64,000 bases of DNA from assembly GCA_900545935.1 (NCBI GenBank), contig URAP01000007.1:4463-68462 (forward strand), read 5' to 3'. The DNA comes from an uncultured Eubacteriales bacterium (GTDB lineage: Bacteria; Bacillota; Clostridia; Oscillospirales; CAG-272). This document shows, piece after piece, positions 19,417 through 29,667 of the stretch (its first letter is position 1; the number at the start of each line of letters is the position of its first letter). The position numbers and the translations under genes were made by a program. The notes under the pieces are model-generated. The model was not told the DNA's origin, did no database searches, and worked only from the letters and a program-made list of their open reading frames with translations.

Positions 19417-21753
19417 ATGGAGCTCGGCTCGGAAATAAAATCGCGCGCGGCAGCGGCGCTGCCCGAGCTTGCCGAGGAGATCGGCGGTGCTGCCGGTGCG
19501 ATAGGCTTTGACCTTAGCGCTGCCGAGCGCTGCGACGGAGCGATCTTTCTCGTCGGAGACGGTGAGAGACGACAGCTGCTCCTGATCGCGGATATCGGAG
19601 GCAGAACAGAGTCCGGCAATAAATCGGAAATTTATAACAAAGCAGGATCCGACAGCGAACTTACATCCGGCGGCAGTGCCGCGCAGTACGGAAGCGCGGT
19701 CGGTGATACGTCGCGTATCGACGTAGAACGCGGCACGGTATTTACCTGCCGCGATGACGTAGGCAGCGTCTGTATCGAATATAAGGACTCGACCGGTGAG
19801 CACCTGCTCTGTCGTGCTGACATGAGCTATGCCAAGCTGTATGCCGGGGCTGCTCTTCGGCTCGGTATATGGGCAGATGGCGGCATTTACGACGATTCTT
19901 ACGAGCAGCGGTCGCGAAAGGTCTGCCCTAAATGCGGAATGCCGTATAAGCAGGGCTCGTCGGTGTGCCCCCGCTGCGCCGAAAAGGGCAAATACTTTCG
20001 GCGGCTGTGGCGCGAGGCGCGCTCGAGTCACTTTATAATATACATATCGGTGCTTCTTTACCTTGTCTCGGCGGCTTTTGACATTGTTTCTCCTATATTT
20101 ACGCGCGTGCTTACCGACGATTATATAAATGCCGACGATATGCCGCCGATCAGCGGTTTTCTCGTAACGGTAGCAATGATGTTCGGCGTAGGCGTGCTCT
20201 CTCGCATAGTTACGGTGGTGCGCAGCGTTCTGCTCGCACGTGCCGGCAACCGGGTGACGGTCGACCTCCGCAATCTGATATTCAGCCGTATTATGAAGCT
20301 GAGCATAGGCGATATCGGCAGACGAAAGGTCGGATACCTTATGCGTCGTGTCAGCAGCGACACGGCGGTACTGAAGAACTTCCTCGTTAACGATATCGGT
20401 CAGGCTATCGAGATGGCAGTGATGTTTATCGGCGTGGGAATATTCCTGTTTTCTTACAGCCCCGCGATCGCGCTTGCGATACTGCTGCCGATGCCGCTCA
20501 TCTATATGCTGAATCACCGCTTTAACCGCTTTATATGGCCGCGCTTTCTTCGTTCATGGATAGCTTCGGCGAATGCTTCGACGGTGATGCACGATATTTT
20601 TTCCGGCATCCGTGTCGTAAAATCCTACGGCAGAGAGCGTGCGGAATCTGTTCGATATGAGCGCTATGTGGCAAAGGAACGCGATATGAAGCTGATCACC
20701 GATCGGTGGTACAGTGTGGTCATGCCGATATTGCAGTTCCTCATGGGCGCGGGCCAGTTCTTTATTATGTGGTATATGGGACGCGGTATTCTGCGCGGTG
20801 ATATGACTCTCGGATATATGCAGCAGATATCCTCGTATATTACGATGCTCTACTCGCCGCTGTTTTGGTTCTCGAGCTTTTTGCGCAAGCTCGTAAATGT
20901 TTCCGTCTCGGTCGTCAGGATATATGAGATAGTCGACGAGGAGGGGGATATGAAGGAGTCCGAGCATCCGGTAGAGCGGAATATTACCGGCGAGATATCG
21001 GTAAATAACATCAACTTCGGTTATGAGCACGGCGATGTTCTGCGCGGTGTCTCGCTCGATATCATGCCCGGTGAGACCATAGGTATTGTAGGACGGTCGG
21101 GTGTCGGTAAAACAACACTTATCAACCTTATAATGCGCATGTACGATGTGAGTGACGGAAGCATTCGGATAGACGGCGTAGATATACGCGATTACTCGGG
21201 CAGATGTCTGCGCTCGCAGATAGGTGCCGTGCTTCAGGAGACCTTTCTTTTCGGCGGTACGGTCTATGAGAACATAGCGTACGCAAAGCCCGATGCGACC
21301 CGTCGCGAGGTCATAACCGCAGCAAAGCTCGCAGGGGCGCATAACTTTATTATGCGGATGAGCGACGGATATAATACCCGCATAGGAGAGGGCGGAATGA
21401 CCGTCTCCGGCGGAGAGCGTCAGCGTATCTCCATTGCCCGCGCATTGCTGCACGATCCGCGTATACTCATTCTTGACGAGGCGACAAGCGCACTCGATAC
21501 CGAGACAGAGCGCGAAATACAGCGCTCGCTCGCATATCTCTCAAAGGGGAGAACCACTATCGCTATCGCGCATAGACTTTCTACGCTCCGCAATGCGACG
21601 AGACTTGTGGTGCTTGATAAGGGCGGCGTGGCTGAGGTCGGTACGCATGAGGAACTGATGAAAAAGCATGGTATCTATTACGGACTGGTATGCGCACAAC
21701 GTGACATGAATAGAATCAGCAAACAAACAGAAGGCGCGGGAGGCAACGAATGA
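19417..21753 (+). CDS. ABC exporter fused permease/ATPase with a ~190 aa N-terminal extension ending in a zinc ribbon
   Basis: GRSGVGKTT, VSGGERQRISIARALL and ILILDEATSALD. CPKCGMPYKQGSSVCPRC lies just before TM1. Confidence 0.85.
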   Translation: MELGSEIKSRAAAALPELAEEIGGAAGAIGFDLSAAERCDGAIFLVGDGERRQLLLIADIGGRTESGNKSEIYNKAGSDSELTSGGSAAQYGSAVGDTSRIDVERGTVFTCRDDVGSVCIEYKDSTGEHLLCRADMSYAKLYAGAALRLGIWADGGIYDDSYEQRSRKVCPKCGMPYKQGSSVCPRCAEKGKYFRRLWREARSSHFIIYISVLLYLVSAAFDIVSPIFTRVLTDDYINADDMPPISGFLVTVAMMFGVGVLSRIVTVVRSVLLARAGNRVTVDLRNLIFSRIMKLSIGDIGRRKVGYLMRRVSSDTAVLKNFLVNDIGQAIEMAVMFIGVGIFLFSYSPAIALAILLPMPLIYMLNHRFNRFIWPRFLRSWIASANASTVMHDIFSGIRVVKSYGRERAESVRYERYVAKERDMKLITDRWYSVVMPILQFLMGAGQFFIMWYMGRGILRGDMTLGYMQQISSYITMLYSPLFWFSSFLRKLVNVSVSVVRIYEIVDEEGDMKESEHPVERNITGEISVNNINFGYEHGDVLRGVSLDIMPGETIGIVGRSGVGKTTLINLIMRMYDVSDGSIRIDGVDIRDYSGRCLRSQIGAVLQETFLFGGTVYENIAYAKPDATRREVITAAKLAGAHNFIMRMSDGYNTRIGEGGMTVSGGERQRISIARALLHDPRILILDEATSALDTETEREIQRSLAYLSKGRTTIAIAHRLSTLRNATRLVVLDKGGVAEVGTHEELMKKHGIYYGLVCAQRDMNRISKQTEGAGGNE

Positions 21754-21854
21754 CGGATGCCGAATATATGAGCATTGCGGTCGTTGCCGAATGAATATCA
21801 ATGCCCGAATGAATAAACGCGGCGGTCGATGCCCGAAAGCTCGGATACCGCTTG

Positions 21855-21890
21855 AAAAAACAAAAGTCTCCCGCGAGGGAGGCTTTTTTT
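21855..21890. terminator. bidirectional intrinsic terminator between convergent genes
   Basis: An A-run, then GTCTCCC-gcga-GGGAGGC, then T7. Confidence 0.7.
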
Positions 21891-21923
21891 ATATGGGGTC
21901 GTACGTTTTGGGTGTCGGCGTGC

Positions 21924-22952
21924 TCAGACTCTGTCTGCGAGGTCGAGGACCATAGCTTCGGTCTTTGCCCAACCGAGGCAGGGGTCGGTGATGGACTTGC
22001 CGTAAATGCCGCCGCCGATAGGCTGTGCGCCGTCCTCGATGTAGCTCTCTACCATGAAGCCCTTGACCATGCGCTTTATCTCATGGTTATTGCGTCCGCT
22101 TTCGATGACCTCGCGTATGATGCGGGGCTGTGCGAGCGGGTCCTTGCCGGAGTTTGCATGGTTGGTGTCGACGATGATGCCGGGGTTTGCAAGCTCGCGC
22201 TTATTGTAGGCGTCGATGAGGTGTACAAGGTCCTCGTAGTGGTAGTTAGGCATGGTCTGACCGTGCTTATTCATGTAGCCGCGCAGGATGGCATGAGAGT
22301 AGGGATTGCCCTGCGAATGCGCCTCCCAGCCGCGGTAGATGAAGGTGTGCTTGTGCTGTGCTGCGGTGATGGAGTTGAGCATTACCGAGAAGTCGCCGCT
22401 CGTCGGGTTCTTCATTCCGACGGGAGCCTCGAGACCGCTCGCGGTCAGACGGTGCTGCTGATTCTCTACCGAACGCGCGCCGACCGCGACGTATGCTAGC
22501 ATATCGTCGAGGTACTTGTGTGTCTCGGGATAGAGCATTTCATCCGCGCAGGAAAAGCCGGTCTCGCGGAGCGCTCTCATGTGCAGCTCGCGGATGGTGA
22601 TGATACCCTTGAGCAGGTCGGGCTTTGCGCTCGGGTCGGGCTGATGAAGAACTCCCTTGTAGCCGTCGCCGGTCGTACGGGGCTTGTTGGTATAGATACG
22701 GGGGATGATGTAGATACGGTCGATGACCTTGTCCTGAAGCCTGCGCAGACGCGAGATGTAGTCGATAACGCTGTCCTCGTTGTCTGCCGAGCAGGGTCCG
22801 ATGATAAGCAGGAGACGATCGTCCTCGCCGGAGAGTATCTTCTTTATCTCGTTGTCTCTCTTCTGTACAAGTGAGTGCAGCTCGTTGTCAAGCGGAAACA
22901 TTTTCTTGACTTCCTGCGGGATAGCGAGCTTGCGTTCAAAAATCATATTCAT
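21924..22952 (-). CDS. aroF: 3-deoxy-7-phosphoheptulonate (DAHP) synthase, class I
   Basis: LLIIGPCSADNEDSV, YTNKPRTT..GYKG, and the C-terminal DTNHANSGKD motif. Confidence 0.85.
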   Translation of the reverse strand: MNMIFERKLAIPQEVKKMFPLDNELHSLVQKRDNEIKKILSGEDDRLLLIIGPCSADNEDSVIDYISRLRRLQDKVIDRIYIIPRIYTNKPRTTGDGYKGVLHQPDPSAKPDLLKGIITIRELHMRALRETGFSCADEMLYPETHKYLDDMLAYVAVGARSVENQQHRLTASGLEAPVGMKNPTSGDFSVMLNSITAAQHKHTFIYRGWEAHSQGNPYSHAILRGYMNKHGQTMPNYHYEDLVHLIDAYNKRELANPGIIVDTNHANSGKDPLAQPRIIREVIESGRNNHEIKRMVKGFMVESYIEDGAQPIGGGIYGKSITDPCLGWAKTEAMVLDLADRV

Positions 22953-22961
22953 GGTGGTGTG

Positions 22962-23915
22962 TCAATCCTTTCCGGGTATGCCGTCAACGGCTTGTGTATG
23001 TGAGAGTGCCGAGGCACTTATCTCCTTGTTTTCCGCATCTGCGCAGTCGAATACCGCTCTGCGGGCGGTAGAGAGGCGCATTTTGTCCATCAGCTTTTCG
23101 CGGTCGCCGCGTCGTATCAGCTCGCGCAGCTCCGATATTTCGCCGATAAAGACATCCATCTCGCGAAGCAGTGCGTCTCGATTGGCAAGGAACAGCTCGC
23201 TCCACATATCCTCGTTTATTCGCGCTATGCGCGTGAGGTCGCGGAAGGAGTCGCCCGTGCAGTCGGACAGATGCGTGTTGTCCGAGCAGGTCATCAGGCT
23301 TATCGCGATGCAGTGCGTCAGCTGTGAGACAAAGCCTATCATGCGGTCGTGATCCTCTGTCGAAAGCTCTGTTATCCTTGCGAAGCCGAGCGTCTCGGCA
23401 AGCTCGCGGCAGACCGATATTGCATGTGCCGTATTCTTCTCGGTGGGTACTACGATGTAGTTCGCACCGAAAAAAATTCTGTCGTCACTGTTCTGCACAC
23501 CGTATCGCTCGCGACCCGCCATCGGGTGAGCGGCGATAAATTCGGCGTCGGGGCGGAGCATTTCCTGCACCGGCTCAACTACGCCGCACTTTACACCGGT
23601 GACATCGGTCACAATGACGCCGGGGCGGAATGCCTTTTGGTTTTCACGCACCCAGTCGAGCAGGATGTGCGGATACAGCGAGAGAATGATGAGGTCGGCT
23701 CTGCCTATCGCCTCGGAATCTGGCTCGGTGTAGCCGCTGTCGATGTAGTCATGAGCGAGCGCGAAATCTATCGTATCGTCGCTGCGGTCGATAGCCTCAA
23801 CATGATAGCCCTTGCGGTGCAGCGCCATTGCGTAGCTGCCGCCGATGAGACCGAGACCTACTATAAGAATTCTTGTGTCATTTGGTAGCTGTTTCTGTTC
23901 CATTGCCATTGCCAT
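22962..23915 (-). CDS. tyrA: prephenate dehydrogenase
   Basis: Rossmann motif ILIVGLGLIGGSYA, HPMAGRE, and a C-terminal helical domain. Lies within the aro operon. Confidence 0.8.
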   Translation of the reverse strand: MAMAMEQKQLPNDTRILIVGLGLIGGSYAMALHRKGYHVEAIDRSDDTIDFALAHDYIDSGYTEPDSEAIGRADLIILSLYPHILLDWVRENQKAFRPGVIVTDVTGVKCGVVEPVQEMLRPDAEFIAAHPMAGRERYGVQNSDDRIFFGANYIVVPTEKNTAHAISVCRELAETLGFARITELSTEDHDRMIGFVSQLTHCIAISLMTCSDNTHLSDCTGDSFRDLTRIARINEDMWSELFLANRDALLREMDVFIGEISELRELIRRGDREKLMDKMRLSTARRAVFDCADAENKEISASALSHTQAVDGIPGKD

Positions 23916-23939
23916 TGCCTTTGTTATGCCTTTACCTTA

Positions 23940-25151
23940 TTACAGTTCTCTTGTTATTTTTATTCCCAGCCCCTCGAGCCGTGCAAAGAAGTCGGGCATG
24001 CTCTTTGTGACAGCCTCGGCACCGTCGATGGTGCCGCCGACCTTTGTCAGAAGTATTGCGGTAGCCATAACGATGCGGTGGTCTCCGTGACCGTCTATCG
24101 GGACGGTGGGGGCGCGCAGCGTTCCGGGGTGTACGACTACCTTGTTGTCATATACATCCGAGTGGATGCCGAACTTTTCGAGCTCCTCCGCGAGCACCTT
24201 TCCCCTGTCGCTCTCCTTGATATGGAGTCTTGCGGTGTCGGTGAGTGTGCAGCCGTGGAAGCATGCGGAGCATGCCATCAATATAGGCGCAAGGTCGGGC
24301 GAATCCTGAACCGAAAGGGTAGGGCATCCCTCGCGCAGTGCGTCAAAATACTGACGGTAGATGCGGTCTCCCTGACGTGAATCGTCGCGCAGTCCGGTGA
24401 TGGTCACCTCGCCGCCGAGCAGGGTCAGCGCGTCGAAGAATGCGGCGTTTGACCAGTCGCCCTCTACCGTCATGCGGCAGGGGCGGTAGTGCTGACCGCC
24501 GGGAATGCGCAGCGTGCGCTCGTCGAGCCATTCGACCGAAACGCCGAAATCGGCGAGTGTATCCGCCGTCATATCGATATACGGGCGGCTCTCGAATTTT
24601 CCGGTGACATGGATTATGCTGTCGGAGGGCAGCAGCGGCAGCGCGAACATCAGTCCGCTGATAAACTGGCTGCTGACTCCGCCGTCGACCGAGAATTCAC
24701 CCGCCTTGAGCGGACCGCCGAGCAGAATATTTTCGCTTCCGCGCGAGAAGGTCAGACCGCTGTCGGCACAGATGTTTTCAAATATATCGAGCGGGCGCTG
24801 CATGAGACGCGGCTTGCCGCCGATTCGTGCATTCTGCTCGGACAAAAGACATATCGGAATAAAGAATCTCATAGTACTGCCGCATTCTCTGCACGGCAGA
24901 TAGACCTCCTCCGTGCGGTGCACAGGGTCGCAGCCGCGAACGGTAACGGTGTCGCCCGAGATGCGCACATCCGCGCCTATCGCACGCAGGCAGTCGATGG
25001 TAGCCATAACGTCGTCCGAGTACGCTACTCCGAGAATTGTGCTGACTCCCTCGGCAAGCCCCGCGCAGACAAGCAGGCGATGCGATATGCTCTTTGAGGG
25101 CGGTGCCGATGTGATTCCGTATGCGCTTGAAGGGGAAATAGTTATTTTCAT
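23940..25151 (-). CDS. aroA: 3-phosphoshikimate 1-carboxyvinyltransferase (EPSP synthase)
   Basis: PPSKSISHRLL, LPCRECGSTMRF and DHRIVMA motifs. Start chosen at MKITISPSS because an AAAGAGG RBS precedes it; the ORF is open to 25229. Confidence 0.85.
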   Translation of the reverse strand: MKITISPSSAYGITSAPPSKSISHRLLVCAGLAEGVSTILGVAYSDDVMATIDCLRAIGADVRISGDTVTVRGCDPVHRTEEVYLPCRECGSTMRFFIPICLLSEQNARIGGKPRLMQRPLDIFENICADSGLTFSRGSENILLGGPLKAGEFSVDGGVSSQFISGLMFALPLLPSDSIIHVTGKFESRPYIDMTADTLADFGVSVEWLDERTLRIPGGQHYRPCRMTVEGDWSNAAFFDALTLLGGEVTITGLRDDSRQGDRIYRQYFDALREGCPTLSVQDSPDLAPILMACSACFHGCTLTDTARLHIKESDRGKVLAEELEKFGIHSDVYDNKVVVHPGTLRAPTVPIDGHGDHRIVMATAILLTKVGGTIDGAEAVTKSMPDFFARLEGLGIKITREL

Positions 25152-25247
25152 TGTTATAACCTCTTTCATATGGAATTTCGGTATTGTTGGGAATGCTAAA
25201 AAAGTCCTAACATTTTTATCTATTCCCAACTCGGTTATCCTAAATGT

Positions 25248-25682
25248 TTATTTAAAATGTTTATCTATCAAATAGTCGATAGCCTCGATATATCCGTCGG
25301 TGCCGTGACCGGATATCGTGTGCTCGCAGGCGCAGCGGACGTAGTTTATCCTGCGGAACTCCTCGCGCTCGTCTACGTGTGAGATATGCACTTCGACGGT
25401 CGGGATGGAGACCGCCTTGAGCGCATCGGGTATCGCAACGCTCGTGTGCGTATATCCGCCCGGATTTATAACGATGCCGTCATACACTCCGTACGCGCGC
25501 TGTATCTCGTCGATGAGGTCACCCTCGTGATTCGACTGACATATCCTTGCCTCGATGCCATTTTGCCGCGCGTGCTCCTCAATGTCTGATACAAGCGAGG
25601 TATATGTCTTTTTGCCGTAGATGTCGGGCTCGCGTATGCCGAGCATATTGATGTTCGGTCCGTTCAGTATCAGTATCTTCAT
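25248..25682 (-). CDS. aroQ: type II 3-dehydroquinate dehydratase
   Basis: MKILILNGPNINMLGIREPDIYG, QSNHEG and INPGGYTHTS. Confidence 0.9.
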   Translation of the reverse strand: MKILILNGPNINMLGIREPDIYGKKTYTSLVSDIEEHARQNGIEARICQSNHEGDLIDEIQRAYGVYDGIVINPGGYTHTSVAIPDALKAVSIPTVEVHISHVDEREEFRRINYVRCACEHTISGHGTDGYIEAIDYLIDKHFK

Positions 25683-25853
25683 GTGCCATGCTCCTTTCGG
25701 GAGTGTTTTTTTGTCCGCCCGGAGCGAATTCTTATCCGCTGTCGGTGCGTGGATCTTGAATGCTTTTGTGCATCCGGTCGATGTTATATATCCGATATCC
25801 GATGGCTCGGTATGTATCGAATTAAGTACTTGACCGATGTCGAAGCTATGGAC

Positions 25854-27098
25854 TCAGCCGATGTCGAGCCCGTGAGCGCGGCAGATCTGTGTGACCGCCT
25901 CATCGGGGCTGGAGAAGCAAATGCGGCTGTCCGCACAGCTCTCGTATATCCCGTGCCGCTCCTCGTATCGTTTCCGTATCGCCTCGGCACTGCTCGCCGT
26001 AGGACGATCGGGGGTCGGGATAAGCGACTCAAGTCCGCGATCAAGGTAGTAGAGTCTGCCGTTTTTACGCAGCGCATCTACGTTTTCTCGGCGGAGCACC
26101 GCACCGCCTCCGGTCGCGATTATGCAGCCGGTCTCGGCGCTTGCCTTTCTTACCGCCTCGCTCTCGAGGCAGCGAAAACCGCTCTCTCCCTCTTGCTCGA
26201 ATATCTCGCTCGGTGTCATGCCGGTAGCCTCGGTTATCATTGTGTCGGTGTCGATGAGCTTTCTCCCGAGTTGCTTTGTAAGTGCGCTGCCGACGGTAGT
26301 CTTTCCGCAGCCGGGCATGCCGATGAGCACTATATTTTCTTTTTCTGCGAGAAGTGCGGAATATATTCGCTCGGCAATGCCATCCTCCGCAGGCTCTCCG
26401 GTGAACAGCTCGGAGGCGGCGATCGCCTGGCATACAAGCATATAAAGACCGCCCTCGGCGGGGATGCCGCGTGACTGTGCCTGCTGTACAAGCGTTGTGC
26501 GCAGCGGATTGTATATTGCATCAAGCACACCGCTGAGCCTCGAAAAAGCCTCGAGCCTGATAGGACAGGAGTATATGCCCGGCAGCATGCCGCATGGGGT
26601 CGTGTTTATTATAATGTCTGCGTCGCCGTGCTCGGCATATGCCTTCTCATAGGTTATTGCGCCGTCGCGTCCGCTGCGGCTGACACGGTATACCTCGCGG
26701 CAGCCGAGGCTGCGAGCTACCGCACGAGCCGTGAGCGATGTGCCGCCGGTGCCGAGTATCAGCACCTTTTTGCCCTGCATGTTCACTCCCGCATGCTTTG
26801 CCAGACCGCACATACCGTCAAAATCTGTGTTGTACCCGTACAGCTTGTCGCCTCGCCGCACAACGGTATTTACCGCGCCGATGTCCGTGGCGGCTGTATC
26901 TATCTCATCGAGCAGCGGCATTATCTCCTGCTTATATGGAATAGTTACGTTCAGCCCGAGAAAATTGCTCTCGCGGATGAAGCTCTCAAGACCTCCGCGC
27001 GGTATCTCGCGCAGGGTATAGCCGTATTTTCCTATCATGTCGTGGATCACGGCGGAAAAGCTGTGCCCGAGCCGCTCGCCTATAAGTCCGTATTCCAT
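25854..27098 (-). CDS. fused shikimate dehydrogenase (N-terminal) / shikimate kinase (C-terminal)
   Basis: The N-terminal half resembles AroE (GLIGERLGHSFS, NVTIPYK, GYNTD, ILGTGG). The C-terminal ~170 aa resemble AroK (IVLIGMPGCGKTTVG...DTD). Confidence 0.8.
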   Translation of the reverse strand: MEYGLIGERLGHSFSAVIHDMIGKYGYTLREIPRGGLESFIRESNFLGLNVTIPYKQEIMPLLDEIDTAATDIGAVNTVVRRGDKLYGYNTDFDGMCGLAKHAGVNMQGKKVLILGTGGTSLTARAVARSLGCREVYRVSRSGRDGAITYEKAYAEHGDADIIINTTPCGMLPGIYSCPIRLEAFSRLSGVLDAIYNPLRTTLVQQAQSRGIPAEGGLYMLVCQAIAASELFTGEPAEDGIAERIYSALLAEKENIVLIGMPGCGKTTVGSALTKQLGRKLIDTDTMITEATGMTPSEIFEQEGESGFRCLESEAVRKASAETGCIIATGGGAVLRRENVDALRKNGRLYYLDRGLESLIPTPDRPTASSAEAIRKRYEERHGIYESCADSRICFSSPDEAVTQICRAHGLDIG

Positions 27099-27194
27099 AA
27101 CCGCTCCTCTTTCGTGTTTTTGCGTTTTATCATACGCTGCCGCTGCATGCGGGATGTTTTTATAATTGCCGTGTGCGCTCGGCGCAGCCCGAGC

Positions 27195-28301
27195 TTACCG
27201 TCCGGCGAGCCAATCGGTGCCGTAGCGTACGGCGAGCATGTCCGCGAGCGTTATCGCCGTCATGCTGTCAACGACTATCCGCGCCCTGTGAACTATGGCG
27301 GGGTCGTGTCTGCCTTTTATTGTGAGCGTCGCGTTCTCACCCGTGCCGAGATTTACCGTCTGCTGCTCGCGCGAGATGGACGGGGTGGGCTTTACCGCGC
27401 AGCAGAATATCATCGGACTGCCCATTGTTATGCCGCCGCCGATGCCGCCGCAGCGATTGCTCTGTGCCACCGCTCTGCCGCCGCATGCGCGCAGCGGGTC
27501 ATTCGACTGACTTCCGCGCATGTCAGCGAGGGCAAAGCCGTCTCCGAATTCTACACCCTTGACCGCCGGAATGGAGAACAGTGCATGCGAGAGTAGTCCC
27601 TCGACGGTATCGAACCACGGCTCGCCCACGCCCGCAGGCATTCCCGTGACCGCAGTCTCAAGCACGCCGCCTACGCTGTCGCCATCCGCTCTTGCCGCCA
27701 TTACCGCCTCGCGCATCAGCTTGCCGCGCTCGGGGTCAAATACTGCAAAGTCCATGTCCGCTATCGCCTTTATTTGCTCGGTTATCTGTGCTATATTTCC
27801 GGAAAACCGTCTGTCCGAAACACCGCCGAGCCGCTCGATATGCGTTCCTATATATATGCCGCGCTCCTCGAGCGCCTGAGAGAGTATCGCGCCTGCCGCA
27901 ACAAGCGGTGCGGTTATTCTGCCGCTGAAATGTCCGCCGCCGCGAATGTCCTCATAGCCGTGATATTTTTCGCGCGCGGGATAATCGGCGTGACCGGGAC
28001 GGGCGAGGTAGTCGCCGCTTTCGTAATCGGATGAGCGCGTGTCGGTGTTCGGTATGAGTATGCATATCGGCGTGCCGCATGCTTTGCCGTCGCGAACGCC
28101 GCTGACGATGCGGAACTCGTCCGGCTCGTGCCGCTGTGTCGAGATAAGCCCGCTCGGACGGCGCAGCGAAAGGCGTGAGGCGATATAATTCTCATCGACC
28201 GCAATTCCGGGCGCAATGCCGTCGATCACGCAGCCGATCTCTCTGCCGTGACTCTCACCGAAGAGAGTTATGCAAATGCTCTGTCCTATCGTGTTCTTCA
28301 T
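27195..28301 (-). CDS. aroC: chorismate synthase
   Basis: FGESHG, RPGHADY, GGGHFSGR and KPTPSI motifs. Confidence 0.9.
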   Translation of the reverse strand: MKNTIGQSICITLFGESHGREIGCVIDGIAPGIAVDENYIASRLSLRRPSGLISTQRHEPDEFRIVSGVRDGKACGTPICILIPNTDTRSSDYESGDYLARPGHADYPAREKYHGYEDIRGGGHFSGRITAPLVAAGAILSQALEERGIYIGTHIERLGGVSDRRFSGNIAQITEQIKAIADMDFAVFDPERGKLMREAVMAARADGDSVGGVLETAVTGMPAGVGEPWFDTVEGLLSHALFSIPAVKGVEFGDGFALADMRGSQSNDPLRACGGRAVAQSNRCGGIGGGITMGSPMIFCCAVKPTPSISREQQTVNLGTGENATLTIKGRHDPAIVHRARIVVDSMTAITLADMLAVRYGTDWLAGR

Positions 28302-28358
28302 TTCGTTTTCCGCCCTTCCGTCGGTATTTCGCAGATGACCAAATAAATTTACCTTTGA

Positions 28359-29657
28359 TTATGTCTGTACGGCAAATGTGCGGTCGAGCCGCTCGCCGAG
28401 CTGCTCTGCGGTCTCTATGCTCTCGCCGTACCGACCCGGCTCGTCTACCGTGATTATTCTGATGCCGCCCGATGCCGACTTTTTGTCATGCGATACCGCG
28501 TCGAGTATCGCGCACCGCAGCTCGGGTGTTATATTGATTGAAGTATCGAGCCCTACGGCACGCAGCGCCGATATTATCTTTTCCTTTGCTGTTCCGGCGC
28601 TCATCGGCAGCATGCCGAGTGCAACGCACTCACCGTGCAGCAGCGCGCCGCCGGATGCTGCCTCTATCCCGTGACCGAGCGTGTGCCCGAAGTTGAGCGC
28701 GCGTCTAAGTCCGCTTTCCCGCTCATCCTGCTCGACTACCGAGCGCTTTATCATCAGCGAGTCGTGTATTATTCGGTCGATATCCTTGCCGCCGTTCAGC
28801 ACTATCTCGTCAAGCAGCTCGGAATCAAAGCACGCCGCCATCTTGACAGCCTCTGCGAGACCGCAGCGCAGCTGGCGCGGGTCGAGGGTAGACAGCACAT
28901 TCGGGTCGATTATAACGCACCTCGGCTGCCAAAACGCGCCTACGCAGTTTTTTACTCCGTCCATGTCAACGCCGGTCTTGCCGCCGATGCCCGAATCTAT
29001 CTGCGAGAGCAGGGTAGTCGGGATATTGTAGAAATCTATGCCGCGCATGTAAGCCGACGCTGCAAAGCCGGAAAGGTCGCCGACAACTCCTCCGCCGACG
29101 GCAACAACGCAGTCGCTGCGGGTGAAGCCGCTCTCGAGCATCTTCGACAGCACGCTCTGCCATACCGGAATGCGCTTGCTGTCCTCACCCTGCGGCAGAC
29201 ACAGCACGGTAGGCGTACGAGATGCTTCTGCAACCGCGCGGGTATACTCTGCGGGAACACCGTCGTCGGTCACTATCATTACCTTGCGGTCGAGCTTAAG
29301 CAGCGAGCCGACCTCACGCAGCGCGCCGCGTCGGAGAATAATGTCATAGCCGCCCGATGCGGTCCCGACTCGGATAGTGTCGCTTACCGCAAGTGCACGG
29401 TGCTGATACTCGCGCGATACTCTCATCATATCTGCGAGCAGCGCCGCATAGTACGGGCGCAGCTCCTCATCGGATATCAGTGCCGTGCCGCGTTCGATCA
29501 CCTGTGCTTCACGCGCCGGATCGAATATCGGCTTTCCGGTCTTGCGCTTGTACTGCGCTACCGACCGTACCGCGGTCATTCGGCGTTCAAATGCCGCCGC
29601 GATGGCTCTGTCCGCCTCGTTTATTTCCTCTCTTGCTTTGTCGAGCAGATTTTCCAT
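28359..29657 (-). CDS. fused chorismate mutase (AroQ-class, N-terminal ~90 aa) / 3-dehydroquinate synthase
   Basis: The N-terminus (LLDKAREEINEADRAIAAAFERRMTAVRSVAQYKRKTGKPIFDPAREAQVI) looks like CM_2. The remainder resembles AroB (GGGVVGDLSGFAA, NFGHTLGHGIE). Start is ATG 29657, with a GAGG RBS 7 nt upstream. Confidence 0.8.
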   Translation of the reverse strand: MENLLDKAREEINEADRAIAAAFERRMTAVRSVAQYKRKTGKPIFDPAREAQVIERGTALISDEELRPYYAALLADMMRVSREYQHRALAVSDTIRVGTASGGYDIILRRGALREVGSLLKLDRKVMIVTDDGVPAEYTRAVAEASRTPTVLCLPQGEDSKRIPVWQSVLSKMLESGFTRSDCVVAVGGGVVGDLSGFAASAYMRGIDFYNIPTTLLSQIDSGIGGKTGVDMDGVKNCVGAFWQPRCVIIDPNVLSTLDPRQLRCGLAEAVKMAACFDSELLDEIVLNGGKDIDRIIHDSLMIKRSVVEQDERESGLRRALNFGHTLGHGIEAASGGALLHGECVALGMLPMSAGTAKEKIISALRAVGLDTSINITPELRCAILDAVSHDKKSASGGIRIITVDEPGRYGESIETAEQLGERLDRTFAVQT

Positions 29658-29667
29658 TGTATACCTC

